Below the pieces are notes generated by a model. It made no database searches, had not been told where the DNA came from, and worked only from the letters and a program-made list of their open reading frames with translations. Below, piece after piece: positions 26,301-39,109 of a stretch of 56,541 bases of DNA. The first letter of the stretch is position 1, and each line of letters opens with the position of its first letter. The stretch is taken from positions 1,240,001-1,296,541 of the forward strand of contig MU058289.1 in NCBI GenBank assembly GCA_013265495.1, in the 5' to 3' direction. This DNA is from Vicugna vicugna. Taxonomy: Eukaryota. Position numbers and translations under genes: made by a program.

Positions 26301-27435
26301 AAAATACCCCTGCTTCTTTATACCTTTCCCAAAACTAAGGGTCTTTCAATGCCCTTTAGTCACATGCCCCATGGTCCTACATAGTGTGTGTTTTCATAAA
26401 CCCACATTTTCAACTACAAGTATGTTCCAGATGGTTTTGGCTTCAGCGTTGACAGCTGTAAAAATATAAGCTTTTACCAAATACGTAAGGTATTTTAATG
26501 GAATACTTAGTAAATTATAATAAGCAGAGATACTAATGTCATACTTCTGATTAGAGCTCTGATTAGCTTGTTACTGTTCTTAGGACTAAGGTTAATATTG
26601 ACTGTTCTTACATTATTTCTCAGATCGTCATCACACAGTTACTGCTTCACTTCCCACCACATGTTCCCTAACTCTCTACATCGCAAACACAGTAGATGTT
26701 TCTCAAATCACTGAAGACTGTGTATGACTTTCTGTCAAATCTTTCCAAGTGACTTTAACTTTTCTTGAAACTGCTGGAAAAAGTACATTTTTTAATCGTA
26801 AAATGATTAAGTATCCAAATAGAAAACAAGTACAAAGTAACACTACGTCTCTATCCCCAGTTTTGGTGTTTCTTTTCATTGCACTTTTTCAAAACTTTTC
26901 TAAGCTTTTCCACTGAATAACACAGAATAATTAGATTAGGTCTGGTTACCTGTAAGGTTTACAAAGGCAGAGATACACTTGCTCTTGTTCTCCACCGTAT
27001 CACAGATTCCCACCTGAAAGCCTGGCACCTGCTGGTCAGTTTAAGTTACACATATATAATTTAGTCATTGGTGGTGCCCCAGAAATCAGACTTTCAGCCT
27101 TTAAACTAGATTAGGAAAGTGGTTTTGTTTTGTTCTGTTTTTTGTTTTATTTCTGATCCAGAAGGCAAAGAAGAACTGAAAAACATAGATGTCACTACTG
27201 ATGAGCATAAAGATACTGGATGTTGGGAAACATAAAGCCAGCAACACAGAGATATATCCTGGAGAATGTTCCGCATGTGCTTGAGAAGAATGTGTATTCT
27301 GTTGTTTTTGTACTGTATTTGTCTGTAAAATCCATTTGGCCTAAACTGTCATTCAAGGCCCGTGTTTCCTTTTTGATTTTGTTTTAATACTCTATCCATT
27401 TATAAAAGTTGGATATTAAAATCCACTACAATTAT

Positions 27436-29170
27436 CTTTAATATACAAACTAACCAATCCAAATCTATAGCCCCAACCACCAACTAACTCACACACCAAG
27501 TCAGTACTTCCCCTGCCCTAACTCACCACAAGGCCAGGTACCAGTCTGAAACTACTTCTGTAGTCCAAAACCTCCTGTAATTATTCAAACTAGCCAATCC
27601 TAAACAGCTTACTCAGCCCTGCCTTGCCTCTCCCATAGAAACCCCACTAAAACTGGATAGCAGCATGTAAATCAATGAAGTTAAAACACTCCCTCACATA
27701 CACAAAAACAAACTCAGAATGGCTTAAAGACTTAAATATAAGACAAGATGTGATAGCTCTCCTAGAAGAAAACATAGGCAGAACATTTTCTGACATAAAT
27801 CTTAGCAGTGTTCTCCTATGGCAGTCTACCCAGGGAATAGAAACAAGAGCAAAAATAAACAAATGGGACCTAACTAAACTTACAAGCTTTTGCACAGAAT
27901 AGGAAACCACAAGCAAAACAAAGAGACAACCTACGGAATGGGAGAAAATATTTACAAATGATGCAACTGACAAAGGCTTAATTTCTAGAATATATAAACA
28001 GCTCATACAACTTAATAACAAAAAAAAAACCCATCCAAAAATGGGCAGAAGATCTAAACAAGCAGTTCTCCAATGAAGATATACAAATGGCCAATAGGCA
28101 CATGAAAAAAATGTACAGTATCACTAATTATCAGAGAAATGCAAATCAAAACTATAATGAGGTATCACTTCACACCAGTCAGAATGGCCATCATTCAAAA
28201 GTCCATGAACAGTAGATGCTGGAGAGGATGTGGAGAAAAGGGACCCCTCCTACACTACTGGTGGGAATGTAGTTTTGTGCAGCCATTATAGAATACAGTA
28301 TGGAGATTCCTCAAAAAACTAAAGTAGGCTTACCATATGATCCAGCAATCCCACATCTGGGTATATATCCAGAGGGAATTCTAACTCAAAAAGATACATG
28401 CACCCCAATGTTCATAGCAGCACTATATACAATAGCCAAGATGTAGAAGCAACCTAAATGTTCACTGACAGGTGACTGGACAAAGAAGTTGTGATATATT
28501 TATACAATGGAATACTACTCAGCCATAAAAAGAATAAAATAATGCCATTTGCAGCAACATGGATGGACCTAGAGATCATCATTCTAAGTGAAGTAAGCCA
28601 GAAAGAGAAAGAAAAATACCATATGCTATCACTCATATGTGGAATCTAGAAGAAAAAAGGACACTATGAACTCATCTACATACAATACGGAAACAGACTC
28701 ACAGACATAGTAAACAATCTTATGGTTACCAGGGAAAGGGGGTGGGAAGGGATAAATTTGGGAGTTTAAGATTTACAAATGTTAGCCTCTATATATATAA
28801 ATAGATTTTCTTTAGGTTTCTGCTATATAGCACAGGGAACTATGTTCAATATCTTGTAGTAACTTCTAATGAAAAAAATATGAAAACAAATATGTGTATG
28901 TATATGCATGACTGGGACATTGTGCTGTACACCAGATATTGACACATTGTAACTGATGGTACTTCAATTTAAAAAAAAAAAAAGAAATCTCAATAAAGGC
29001 TGTGGCCTCTGCCTTTCCCTCACTCTCTTCTGCCTCCTGACCAACACAGGTGCTCTCCACATGGCCCTATGTGCCCTTTTCCCTGGGAAATGTAATAAAA
29101 TCGCCTTTCAACGGTATTAACCTCTGTGTTGGCACTCAGTCACTGCATAAATTAAAATGCTCTGGGGACA
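27436..29170 (+). mobile_element. ERV1 LTR (MER39-like) split by an L1 insertion
   Basis: ttattcaaactagccaatcctaaa...cccatagaaacccca | L1 | agaaatctcaataaaggctgtggcc; the LTR resumes after the L1 poly-A. Confidence 0.6.
27647..28983 (+). mobile_element. 5'-truncated younger LINE-1
   Basis: ORF2 C-terminus (WLKDLNIR; INKWDLTKLTSFC), 3'UTR and poly-A at 28971-28983; imperfect flanking repeat agaaacccca/agaaatctca. Confidence 0.85.
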
Positions 29171-29189
29171 AATGAGACAGTCAAGCCTT

Positions 29190-29672
29190 TTACTCCTAAG
29201 TATTGGACCATGAACAACAACAAAAAGAACAAAGAGTACCATTTATCATCCAGTTACACAAAGGTTAAGTCACAATCCACTTCAGTCACTCACCAACAGT
29301 GTACCTTGAGAATGCAGGATGAAAAAAAAACAGGATGAGGCACTCTATGCTTTGGATAGACCCCAAGATACTTAGATGCATATCTCAGGAAGAACTTCAG
29401 TAACCCCAGATTCCTGCTTCTTCCCATACATAGATAAGCACTAAAATCACTGACTTGAAAAATCTGTTTGTGATTAGCAGTAATCTTTTACCAAGATGTA
29501 TGCTTGACTCCGTGTATTTCCTAGCCAAAAAAAAAAAAAATCATATATATACTGGCTCCTCCCCTGTATTTTTGGAGCAGTTCCTCAGAGCTGTCTCCTG
29601 AGCTACAGTTCTCAGTAAGACTCAATAAAACTTCAACTCACGACTCCTGTGTTGTGTTTTTCTTTAAGCAGA
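29190..29672 (+). mobile_element. ERV LTR (artiodactyl ERV1-type solo LTR)
   Basis: TATA-like catatatatactgg, ggagcagttcctcagagct and AATAAA (~29624), a layout typical of ERV1 LTR U3-R-U5. Confidence 0.55.
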
Positions 29673-29689
29673 GAGACAGCCTAGTACAT

Positions 29690-30180
29690 AAACCCAAGAG
29701 AAAGCCTAGTACATGAACATCCACAGCAGCTTTATTTGCAGGAGCTCCAAACTAGTATCAATCCAAATCCATTACAAGATGAAAAGAAAAACAAACTCTG
29801 GTATACCCATACAAGTAAATGCTACTCTCTAATAAAGAGAATGACGTACCCATACATGCAGCATGGAGGAATCTGAAAATACTTATGATGTGTGGAGGAA
29901 AAAAGGGCACAAAAGAGTCAACATTTTGTTATTTTTGTTATTCCATTTACATATCCAGAATTGGAAGTTTGTAGTGAAAGACAGTAAGTCAAAGGTCATG
30001 GGAATGGGGAGCCAGGCTGGGGGGAAGGAGGGATTATAAAGGAGGATGAAGTAATATGGAGAGTGATGAATATGTTAAATATCACGGTGATGGTTTCATG
30101 GGCCTATACATATGACAGAACATCATTTTACACTTTAAATGTACAGTTTACTGCCCACCAATTACATCTCAAAAGAGCTT
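29690..30180 (+). mobile_element. Old L1M 3' end
   Basis: catccacagcagctttatttg...; tacactttaaatgtacagtttactg...attacatctcaaaagagct. Confidence 0.65.
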
Positions 30181-31157
30181 TCCAAACAATGGCTTCACAT
30201 AAAGATCTGGATCTCCTGCTTCTCTTGAAAAACTGGAAGATTTGACAAACATATTGACCGTAACTATTCTCATCCCTCTGGTGGGGCACCCCTACTTAAA
30301 TGGAAGGGAAGACCAGCAAGCAATAAAGATTGTGAGTCACAGAAGTCACACGCTTGGACTACACTCTCTCTCTTCTCTTGGTCTCCATTTACTTGCCTGT
30401 GTAATGGTGGCTTTGCGGTAAACAGCCCAAGGAGCCTCAAGAATCCAGAAACCTTGAAGATGATGTGCTCTGCCAGTGACCTTGTCCATAGGGGAAATGT
30501 AAATCTGGAAGTCCTGCAAATATTCACACATGCTCATCCCTCACAGCTTTAGTGACCAGAATATTTCTGGAAGCATCTTTAGATGGTGTACAGCCTCTTC
30601 AGCTTGCTTCCCCCAACTCTTATGAATCACATCCAGTGTGTGAATGTAACTATGGTGACTCCTCAATGACCTTAGACCACTCATGATTTCCTCCAGGGAA
30701 GGGGGAGGCACAGAGGGCTGCCTTCCCTGGGCACACCAGGTAACCTGATGCACACTGGCCAGCCAGTACAGGTGAGATGGCTGCCGCCACAGGCACTGGC
30801 AGTGATCTAACTCAGGCAAGGGCCTTGGGCAGGCCAAACTGCAGCTCAGGTCCTGAAAGCTTCCCGCATAACCAGCATTCATGGGTATTCAGGTGTAGGA
30901 GATACAACTTTTGGTTGATGGCTACTTCATAAAGGCTACTCTCAGAACTTCCCCCTGGTGTCATTCTTGTTGACCAAGCAGAAAGCACACATCCTACGCC
31001 GTAAAGGCCATTCTTCAGTTTGAACTTTCTGGTAACATATAAGGAAAGGCCATTAGCCTAAGGCTTTTCTACAATGTGAGTTCTCTGATGTTTAATGAGG
31101 GTAGAATTATGGCTAAAGAATTTCCCACATTCAAAGCATTAATAAAGCCATTCTCTA

Positions 31158-31346
<189 letters not shown>

Positions 31347-31444
31347 TCAAAAGGTGTGATTTTTGTGGCTAAAGAATCTTCCACATTCACTGCATTCATA
31401 AGTTCTTTCTCTAGTGTGGATTTCCTGGTGCTGAACAAGTCTTT

Positions 31445-31904
31445 TTTTTTTTTTTTTTTTTTGGTGGAGGGAGATTTATTAATTGAAAGGCAAGAGAAAG
31501 GCCACAAGGTGTGGGGGTTGGGTGCTCAGATTAAAAGTAGGTACACATTCTATAGACAGAATGCAGGCCATCTCCAAAGAGGGAGAGAGAGGCAGCCGTG
31601 AGGCCCGTGTTGCTGGGTTTTATGGGCTTGGTGGCTTCATATGCTAATAAGTGGAAGGAGCAGTCTAAGGGGATGGGGCTGGGATTCCCAGGAAGTTGGC
31701 CATTTCCCACTCTTTGACCTTTTGTGGCTAGCCTTGGGACTGCCATGGTGCCTGTGGGCGTGTTAGTCACCATGTTAATATATTACAATGGGTATATAAT
31801 GAAGCTCAAGATCTACTAGAAGTTAAATCTTTCATCATCCTGAGCCTCAAAGCCTACTGGGGGTTGAATCTTTCACCATTTTGATGCTAACTGTTGTGGC
31901 AGTC
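31445..31904 (-). mobile_element. ERV LTR (U3-R)-derived retroposed insert with poly-A tail and 14-bp TSD
   Basis: TSD ctgaacaagtcttt at 31431-31444 and 31905-31918; poly-T 31442-31462; minus-strand AATAAA at 31475-31480; LTR-like body (cataaaa TATA-like box, ttgtaatatattaacatggtgac). Confidence 0.8.
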
Positions 31905-33721
31905 CTGAACAAGTCTTTCTTTCTAGCTGAAGGTTTCACTACGTTCACTACACTTATGAGGTCTTTCTCCAGTGTGAATTCTCTGGTGTTGAACAAGTCT
32001 GTGTTTCTAGCTGTCGGTTTTCCCACATTCCCTGCACTTACAAGGCCTTTCTCCAGTGTTAACTTTCTTGTGCTGAACAAGGAGGGAGCTTTTGCTGTAG
32101 GCTTTCCCACCTTCACTGCACCCATAATGCCTTATGCCCAAGTGAACTCTCTGGTGTACAGTAAGACTACAGTTATAACTAGAGAATTTTCCACATTCAA
32201 TGCACTGACAAGGTCTTTCTCCAGTGTGAACTCTCTGGTGCTCAACAAGCCTATTTTTGCAGGTAAAGGCTTTCCCACGTTCACCACACCTATAATGCCC
32301 TTCTCCAATGTGAAAAGCCTCCCTGCCCTCAGTATTTCTAGGTGAGGTCTCCTTGCTGTGAGTGGTCTGGTGTTAGAGAAGGCCCAGGCCAGGCAGGAGG
32401 TCCTTCCCACTGTCCCCACACATAAAGGAATTCTCTGACATGTGGACTCCGCAATTCTTAACAAACCCCAGTCCTCACCCCTTCTGAGGTGTTTCTCTTC
32501 TCTGTGCTGCTTGTGTTGCTGGTGAATGCTTACACTGAATCAGACTTGTCTCCCACATGCTGCATGCATGCACAGTTTCTGCCTGGGGTGTATTCCTTGG
32601 TGCTCAGCAAAATACAGAATGTCTTTCAAGACTGGACCACACATCCCCCACGGACAGGCATTCTGGGTGGCTGGACCTGCCCTGGGAGTCGTGAGTTGGG
32701 ACATGCCTTGAGAAGGTGGCTCATCCTCCACTGGAAACCAACAACCCAAAAGCAGAGAAATGCTGGGGAAGCACATGTAGACCCTGATGGTAGGGGGAAG
32801 CCCTATCACAAATGTGTTTCTTACAAACCCAGGAATGAGTACTTAGGACTACTGGGAGGACAAGGGGACTGAAGTGGGGGTGAGAAAGGGTCTGCTGAGC
32901 CTGGCAAGATCACACAATGGAGAGGTCTACTATGGTCGAGGACACAGTGATGGGAAACAGCACAGGAAGTCTCCAACTCACTTCTCCGCAAAAGGCTTTC
33001 TGCAGGGTCTTGTCTGCTGGTGACATGAACACTAAACAAAAGAGAAAATCAGCTGCAACCAAGCAGCTGGTGTTCGTGGACTACACAGAGTATGTCTACA
33101 TCTCAACACATTATACGTAGCTCAGTGTCAGAAAGCACTTCGAAGGGAGCAGTAGAGACGAACAGGGAGACCTGCAAGCCAGACAGATGTGGATTAGCCC
33201 TGACCAGAAGTCAGAGTAGAAACAATAAAGGGGCAAAATGACAAGAATGGGGATTAAAAGATAGACATTACAGCCCTTGTCATATGGCCCATCATTGGTA
33301 TGAAAACAATGATGCGCACTGGAGAGGTTCCTGGTATGATCTGAACCCAGCCCTAACATGGAGTCATCCCCCACATCCCACGTCCCAGGGTTAATCCCCC
33401 TCCAGGGCCTTCTTGCTGTGGCTGGAGTGACGCTTGCCCTGTCAGGCACCCACATCTCTCCCCGCAAATCCAGCTGGGCAACTACACGGAACCTGGAAGG
33501 TGCAAGTCCTAAGTGAAAGACAAGGCAGATGAGGAGACAGCACTGGTGCAAAGCAGCCCACCCCAGGACAGACCATAGGAAAAAAACCTAATATTACAAA
33601 AAAGAGCCTTGGATGACTGTCTTATAGGAATAGCCCAGTGGCCCCACAAGTGGTGACCATGCTGGTGTCTGCAATTCCTGGCAGTCAGGCATGAGAAGAT
33701 GTCAGCTGGAGGAAAGAGGGC

Positions 33722-33817
33722 AGAATCTGGGGCTGAAAGGTGCAATGAATCTGGAGAGTCGCCCTGCCAAGAATCTGGGGCTGAAAGGTGCAATGAATCT
33801 GGAGAGTCGCCCTGCCA
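33722..33817. repeat. Perfect 48-bp tandem duplication
   Basis: agaatctggggctgaaaggtgcaatgaatctggagagtcgccctgcca at 33722 and again at 33770. Confidence 0.95.
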
Positions 33818-35167
33818 AGCGACTTTCTTTGGGATCCACTGGTTTCACCATAAGACTTCTTACCCCCATATCCTTCCCTATAAGACTTAAGGGATGCCGA
33901 AGGGCTGCCTGGGAGAGGATAAGGAAGTACACTCAACCAAACCTGGCACCCACGACACTTATGCCAAGAAAGCCTAGGAAGTAAGCAAATGTCTATAGTC
34001 TGGCTGCGAGGAGGAAAGAGCAGCCCGTAGAGAAACAGGGAAGAAAAGAGCCTAGGGAAGAAAAGATGCTGAGCTGAGTGTGAGAACATACCCAGTGAGG
34101 CCACAAGTGCAAAATTCTCCAACATCACAGTACAAGAGTCTCTGAGACCCATCAAGAACTTCCCACTCCTCCCGAGACATGTTCACAGACACATGCTCAA
34201 AGGTTACACCGCCCTACCATGATGGGGAGGGCAGTGTCCCTCAGCAGCCTCTCTCACCAGGACCCTCAGGTTCATCCCCCAAACATCCACTCCCTGCCCA
34301 CTCACCTCTCCAGCTCCAGAATAGGATATACGAGGCCCAGAAGCCACTGGTGCCAGCACTCTCCTCTTTCCTATTGATCACTGGGCCACCCCACATCAAC
34401 TACAGGCATTTGGGCAAATAAATGCCATCCACACACTGGGCGTGGCATGAAAGGCTCCACCTCCTCTTGCAGCGAGTTCCCCAGGGGTTCCCAGATCATG
34501 CCTCTCAGACACAAACATGGGCTCAGTTTTCTCCTGCTGGGAGCAGGTCCCTGGGACCTTCAGTTCACACATCACTCCATAGCCACACCTCCTCCACGAC
34601 TCCGAACGCTCCCACCCCAGCCACTGCTACCTCCTCCACCTCAGCCCACACCAAAGGCATCTCCCTGGCCTCCACATGCCACTCTGCACATGTTTCCCAG
34701 AGAGTGCTTGGCAAATGCAGTCAGGATTCCATCCTGGCCCGGACCTCTGATGGCCCACACTGACAGGGAAAGCCCCTACTCTTGCTTCAAAGGCCTCTCC
34801 ATCATGCTCCTTCCTTGCTTCAGCCTCAGCCACCAGAATCATGTGCAGGTGTCATATATTAAAGCCCACTTTACTGCTGTGTTACGCCCATGCTGTCCCA
34901 TCACCAGTCCTGGCCTTCCTCTTTCCACCCAGGACTCATTCAACACCTAGCACTGGGCCCAGCTACTCTCCCAGCTGACCCATTTGCTCTGAGCTTCTCT
35001 GCCAACCTAAACATTGGCCTCTCACCTCCATTACTGCTCTGCTTCCACATCCATCTTATGTGCACCCCTCCCTTGGAAGACTTAGTCTCCTCCCACACCC
35101 ACCCCCCCCCCCACTCATCTGCCTGTGTGATGCTCACTAACCCCAGTCAGGTGCTCAAGAGAGAGGT

Positions 35168-35305
35168 CCAGCATCCACTTTTTCTAAAAAACCTTAAGAC
35201 CCCAACCCGAAGATGGGCTCACAGTCCTTAAGGCATTAGCCTGCTGTGACTCCCTTTGCCGGGCAAAGCAAAGCTGCTCTTTTCTTTGCTCCCAAGAAAA
35301 AAAAG
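35168..35305 (+). mobile_element. Short ERV LTR 3' fragment ending in an A-run
   Basis: gtccttaaggcattagcctgctgtgactccctttgccgggcaaagc..ctttttctttgctcccaag followed by A8. Confidence 0.5.
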
Positions 35306-35519
35306 AGACAGGGAGAGAGAGGCCTAATCCTCCGACCTGGCCCTCCCCTTCCTTGCCCCCTTACAACACTGTCACCATGACCTGAAGGCTCCCCCTCCTA
35401 AATGTGACTCACAGCTCCTCCCAGTCTACACACAGGCTTCAGGATTCGGAGGTGGGGGTCTGGGTAAGTGAGGGGCTAAGACATATAGCATCAACCTGCT
35501 CTGGGTCCCACAGCAGGAC

Positions 35520-35965
35520 CGCCCGAGAACCTGTGGCGGAGCGAGGCCCAGAAACGCTGGCGACCAAGCCGGGTGCCGTGGGCTCAGACAAACCCCCTAC
35601 CTCGGCCTACCCGCCTCGCGCAGTCACCCGGGGCAGCGCCCTCTCCGAGCCACCGACCCGCCTTTATGCGCTGTGGACAACGTCTCCTCGCGCCCCTTCC
35701 CGCCTACCTTTCCTCGGGCCAGACCAACAGTTCAGAACAGGATCAAACAAACCGATTCAACCATCACCAAAATGACCGCCGATAGGAGAACGCCGGAAGT
35801 CCCGCCTTGACAGGTTCCGCAAAGTACGAGGGCGTCTTTCTCCTCGGCCTTTATTGGCCCAGCGCCGCAGACGCGCAGCGCAGAGGCACATGGGTAATGT
35901 AGTTCCCGCCGGGCCACGTACCTTGACAACGGGCGCCCTCTCGAGAAATCCGGGCACGGGCCAAG
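35520..35965. promoter_or_regulatory. CpG-island promoter of the minus-strand KRAB-ZNF pseudogene
   Basis: Dense CpG; ETS/GABP site ccggaagt at 35793-35800 with adjacent GC box; reverse CCAAT ~35853; ZNF143/SBS-like actacattaccca (reverse, 35891-35903). Confidence 0.75.
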
Positions 35966-36414
35966 GTTCCCCAGGAGAGGGGCTCAGAAGTAGTGCCTAG
36001 AAGTTCCCATGAAGAGATGGGGTCTCGCTCCTTTTAAAGGGGCCCACGAAGATTTCCGTGGCGTGTAGCCTGCAACGGATTACAGAAATATTTAGAGACA
36101 TTTTATTCAGATGCTTCCCACAGCTACAAAATTTATAAACACGTGAAACATTTTTAGTTCGATACGCACTGTATCCACCTGTTACCTGGAAGCTAGTAAG
36201 TATTATCTTATTCTCTTCAAATGCATGTGGGCTGAAGTCAATTTTGTAGACTACAGTATGTTCGCGCAATGACAAGAGAGAAAAAACTCCAAACGGGGTC
36301 ATAATGGGGAAGATGAGAGAGGGATGTCGGGTGAGCTGAGTATGGAGCCCTCCTGCAATTCCCACAGCAAGCACGCCTGTCTTTGTAGTCAGTGATTGTG
36401 CTCACCCCATGAGT

Positions 36415-36876
36415 GTAACCAGAGGAAGCCGGTAATGAACCCAAGTTCGGCTACTTGCTGCTGAAAAGTCCAATACCTGAGAAACGAGTGTTGGTGAAAA
36501 GGGAAAAGCAGCTTTATCCAGGAGGCCAGCAACCTGGGAAAATGATGGACTAATGTCCTACGACCATCCCCAAGGTGCAGTTAGGGGACAAAATTTTTAA
36601 AGGCAGTGTGAGGGAGGGGACTGCAGGGTGGTGAACAGTACCTGCACAATTCTCAGAATGGTTAGCATCAAGGTGAAGTTTTGAGCATCACCCATCTTCT
36701 GGTTTCAACTGGTCTGGGGGTCTGCCTGCTTATAGTCAGCAGTTTTCATCTGGTGGGGATTTGCCTTCTATAAAAACAACTTAGGAATGTGTGTCAGACC
36801 TTCATCAGTATCTATCAGAGAACTGGGAGTTCAGTGACTATGCTATGTAGCTGGTTTAGGGTATAAATTTCTTTCA
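36415..36876. mobile_element. ERV LTR (solo LTR-like)
   Basis: Starts TG (tgtaacc) and ends near tttca; artiodactyl ERV1 LTR-like motifs (gagtgttggtgaaaagggaaaagcagctttat). No TSD seen. Confidence 0.55.
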
Positions 36877-36879
36877 CAG

Positions 36880-37900
36880 CTATTCTTGCTTATTTTCCAA
36901 ATACAACACAAATGGCATACAAATAAACCATATAACTGTAATCTTTTGAGTCCAGCTTCTTTACTCATTATAATATTTTTCAGATTCTTTCATGTTGTTG
37001 CATGTGCCAATAGTTTGTTCCTTTTTATTGCTGAGTAGCTTTCAGTTGTAGGAATGTGACATGTCTGGTTGATCTATTCACTAGTTGAAGGACACTTAGG
37101 TTTTTACCAGTTTTAATAAACAAATCTGAATAAAGCTGCTATAAACACTGGCAGGCAGGTTTTTATGTGAGGATAAATTGTCGTTTCTTTTGAGTGTAAA
37201 CCTAGGAGAAGGACTTCTGGTCATATGATAAGAAAAGATCAGTTTTATAAGAATAAAGTACATTTTTTCTTCAAAAAACTCCTGTTATTTAAATTAAGAT
37301 TACATTAAACTGACTTCTATTTTTAGGGGGAAATGACATTTTTGTTCTGGTGAAAATTCCCTTTCATGGTCTTTTCATTTATTTAAATTCATTGAAACTA
37401 TGGCAATTAACTCATTAATCTACACTATTTCATAGGAAAAGGCTTGGCAGGTCCATCCTGATTTTTTTTTTAACGTTTGGCTGTTTTTCTCAGTGCCATT
37501 TCAAAAGATAATCCATTCTTTCCTCATGATTCAGTGAGCTGTGATTATTATATCTTAAATATCTTCCAAAACCTATGTGTTTTCTTTTCTGTGACAATGA
37601 CGGTCTCTCTGTTCTTCCACTAAAACGATACTGTTTATTAGCTGTAGACCTACACCTTTGTTGCAATACCTGGTGAGAAAGAGCCGCCTCATAGTTCCTG
37701 TGTTTCTAAACTTTCTTGGTTGATTTCAGGCATTTATTTGGGGCGGGAAGACTTTGAGTCAGTCTTCATTAGGACAAAGGTTAATTTCAATGGATTTGGG
37801 AATAGCTGATGTTTCTACAAGGTCAGTTCATACAAGAAATGATTTAGCTCTTTATCAGTTCAAATTTTATTTTGTACCTTTCAATAAAATTTCAGACCTT
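36880..37900 (-). mobile_element. Old L1M fragments
   Basis: cagcttctttactcattataatatttttcagattc...gaataaagctgctataaac. Confidence 0.6.
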
Positions 37901-38987
37901 TTTAGTATGACCTGAACACTTAATACTAAGTCTAGCAGAGTGTCCAGCACTTGGTAGATGTAAAATCAAGCGTAGAATGAGCAAACAGGTGAATTAAAGA
38001 GCTTAAGTTCAGCTGGCAGGTCAAAGAAGAGCAGGGACTCAGGGCCGGCCACTTAGCCCCAAGTCCCAAGTTCACCTCCCTGTATGTGACCTTATTATGC
38101 CCGCCTGGCCCAAAAGGTAAAGAGGTTATACCAGTTATGCCACAATTTCTGTGGGTCATACTCACAGTAACCTGACACTGCTCTACTCTCTAGAAAACAG
38201 ATGTAAAACCTAGTCCCCCACCCGGTAGCTTCACAAGACTCCTACTAGCAATGCAATTACCCGTGTGACGCTTTTGGAAGAGGGCTCAGAGTGTTCGCGA
38301 CACTTATCCTGTGTGGTACATCCTGCAAGTAAGACTTTAGAGCCTGAGCTCTTTCCACGGCAATACATTCCCTCTGGGTTAGCTTCTTCCATCCGCTCCC
38401 TTTCTCCTTTCCTCCTGGGCCAACACGGTGTGGGGGTCCTGGTTCCAGTGGTAGAACCTAAAGACAGCAGAGGTACTCAGTGTCCCTGAAGAAAGGTCGG
38501 CCTCCTCAGAAGGCATCCGTCTAAGAAGAAGAACATGGCGAATGCCACTGGGAAAAAGAAAGGACGTGTGATAAGCCCACTCGTCATCTCCTGAGTCACC
38601 TTTCAATTACGAGAGTGACATGTAAAGGACCAGAGGCTCTGGTTAAAGCCAGAGTCAGACATACGCTACTGTGGCTGGGACAACACTTCGAGCCTTCCAG
38701 GCTGGTGAAGTCAGGGGTTAAATTTTTGTTACTTAACTTAATCCTCACACACAGTCCCGGTTTTACTGATGAGAGAACAGGCTGAGAACGATAAAAGACT
38801 TGCCAGTGGTCTTGCAACTTGTCAGGGACAGGGCCTAGATTTACCTTTGTTCCGTTGACTCCGGTCCACATGCTCTCAATGACCATACGTGTCACATCTC
38901 CTCACCATCTCCCAAGGCCTCCTGCAGCCTCACATGCTCCCCGCACAGCACACAGACACGAGGCACATTGGGCAAAGCTGCAGGTAT

Positions 38988-38993
38988 TTTATT
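38988..38993 (-). terminator. Polyadenylation signal of the SCGB2B-like gene
   Basis: tttatt (AATAAA on the minus strand) ~117 nt after the stop codon. Confidence 0.8.
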
Positions 38994-39109
38994 AGAGTCA
39001 GCCTGATAGAGACCACATCAGGTGTGGACAGGTGTCTGGATTCCAGCTTCAGTTGAGAAGGAGAAAAGGACGGGAAAATTGAGTGCAGACCAGGCCTCAC
39101 TGGCAAAGA

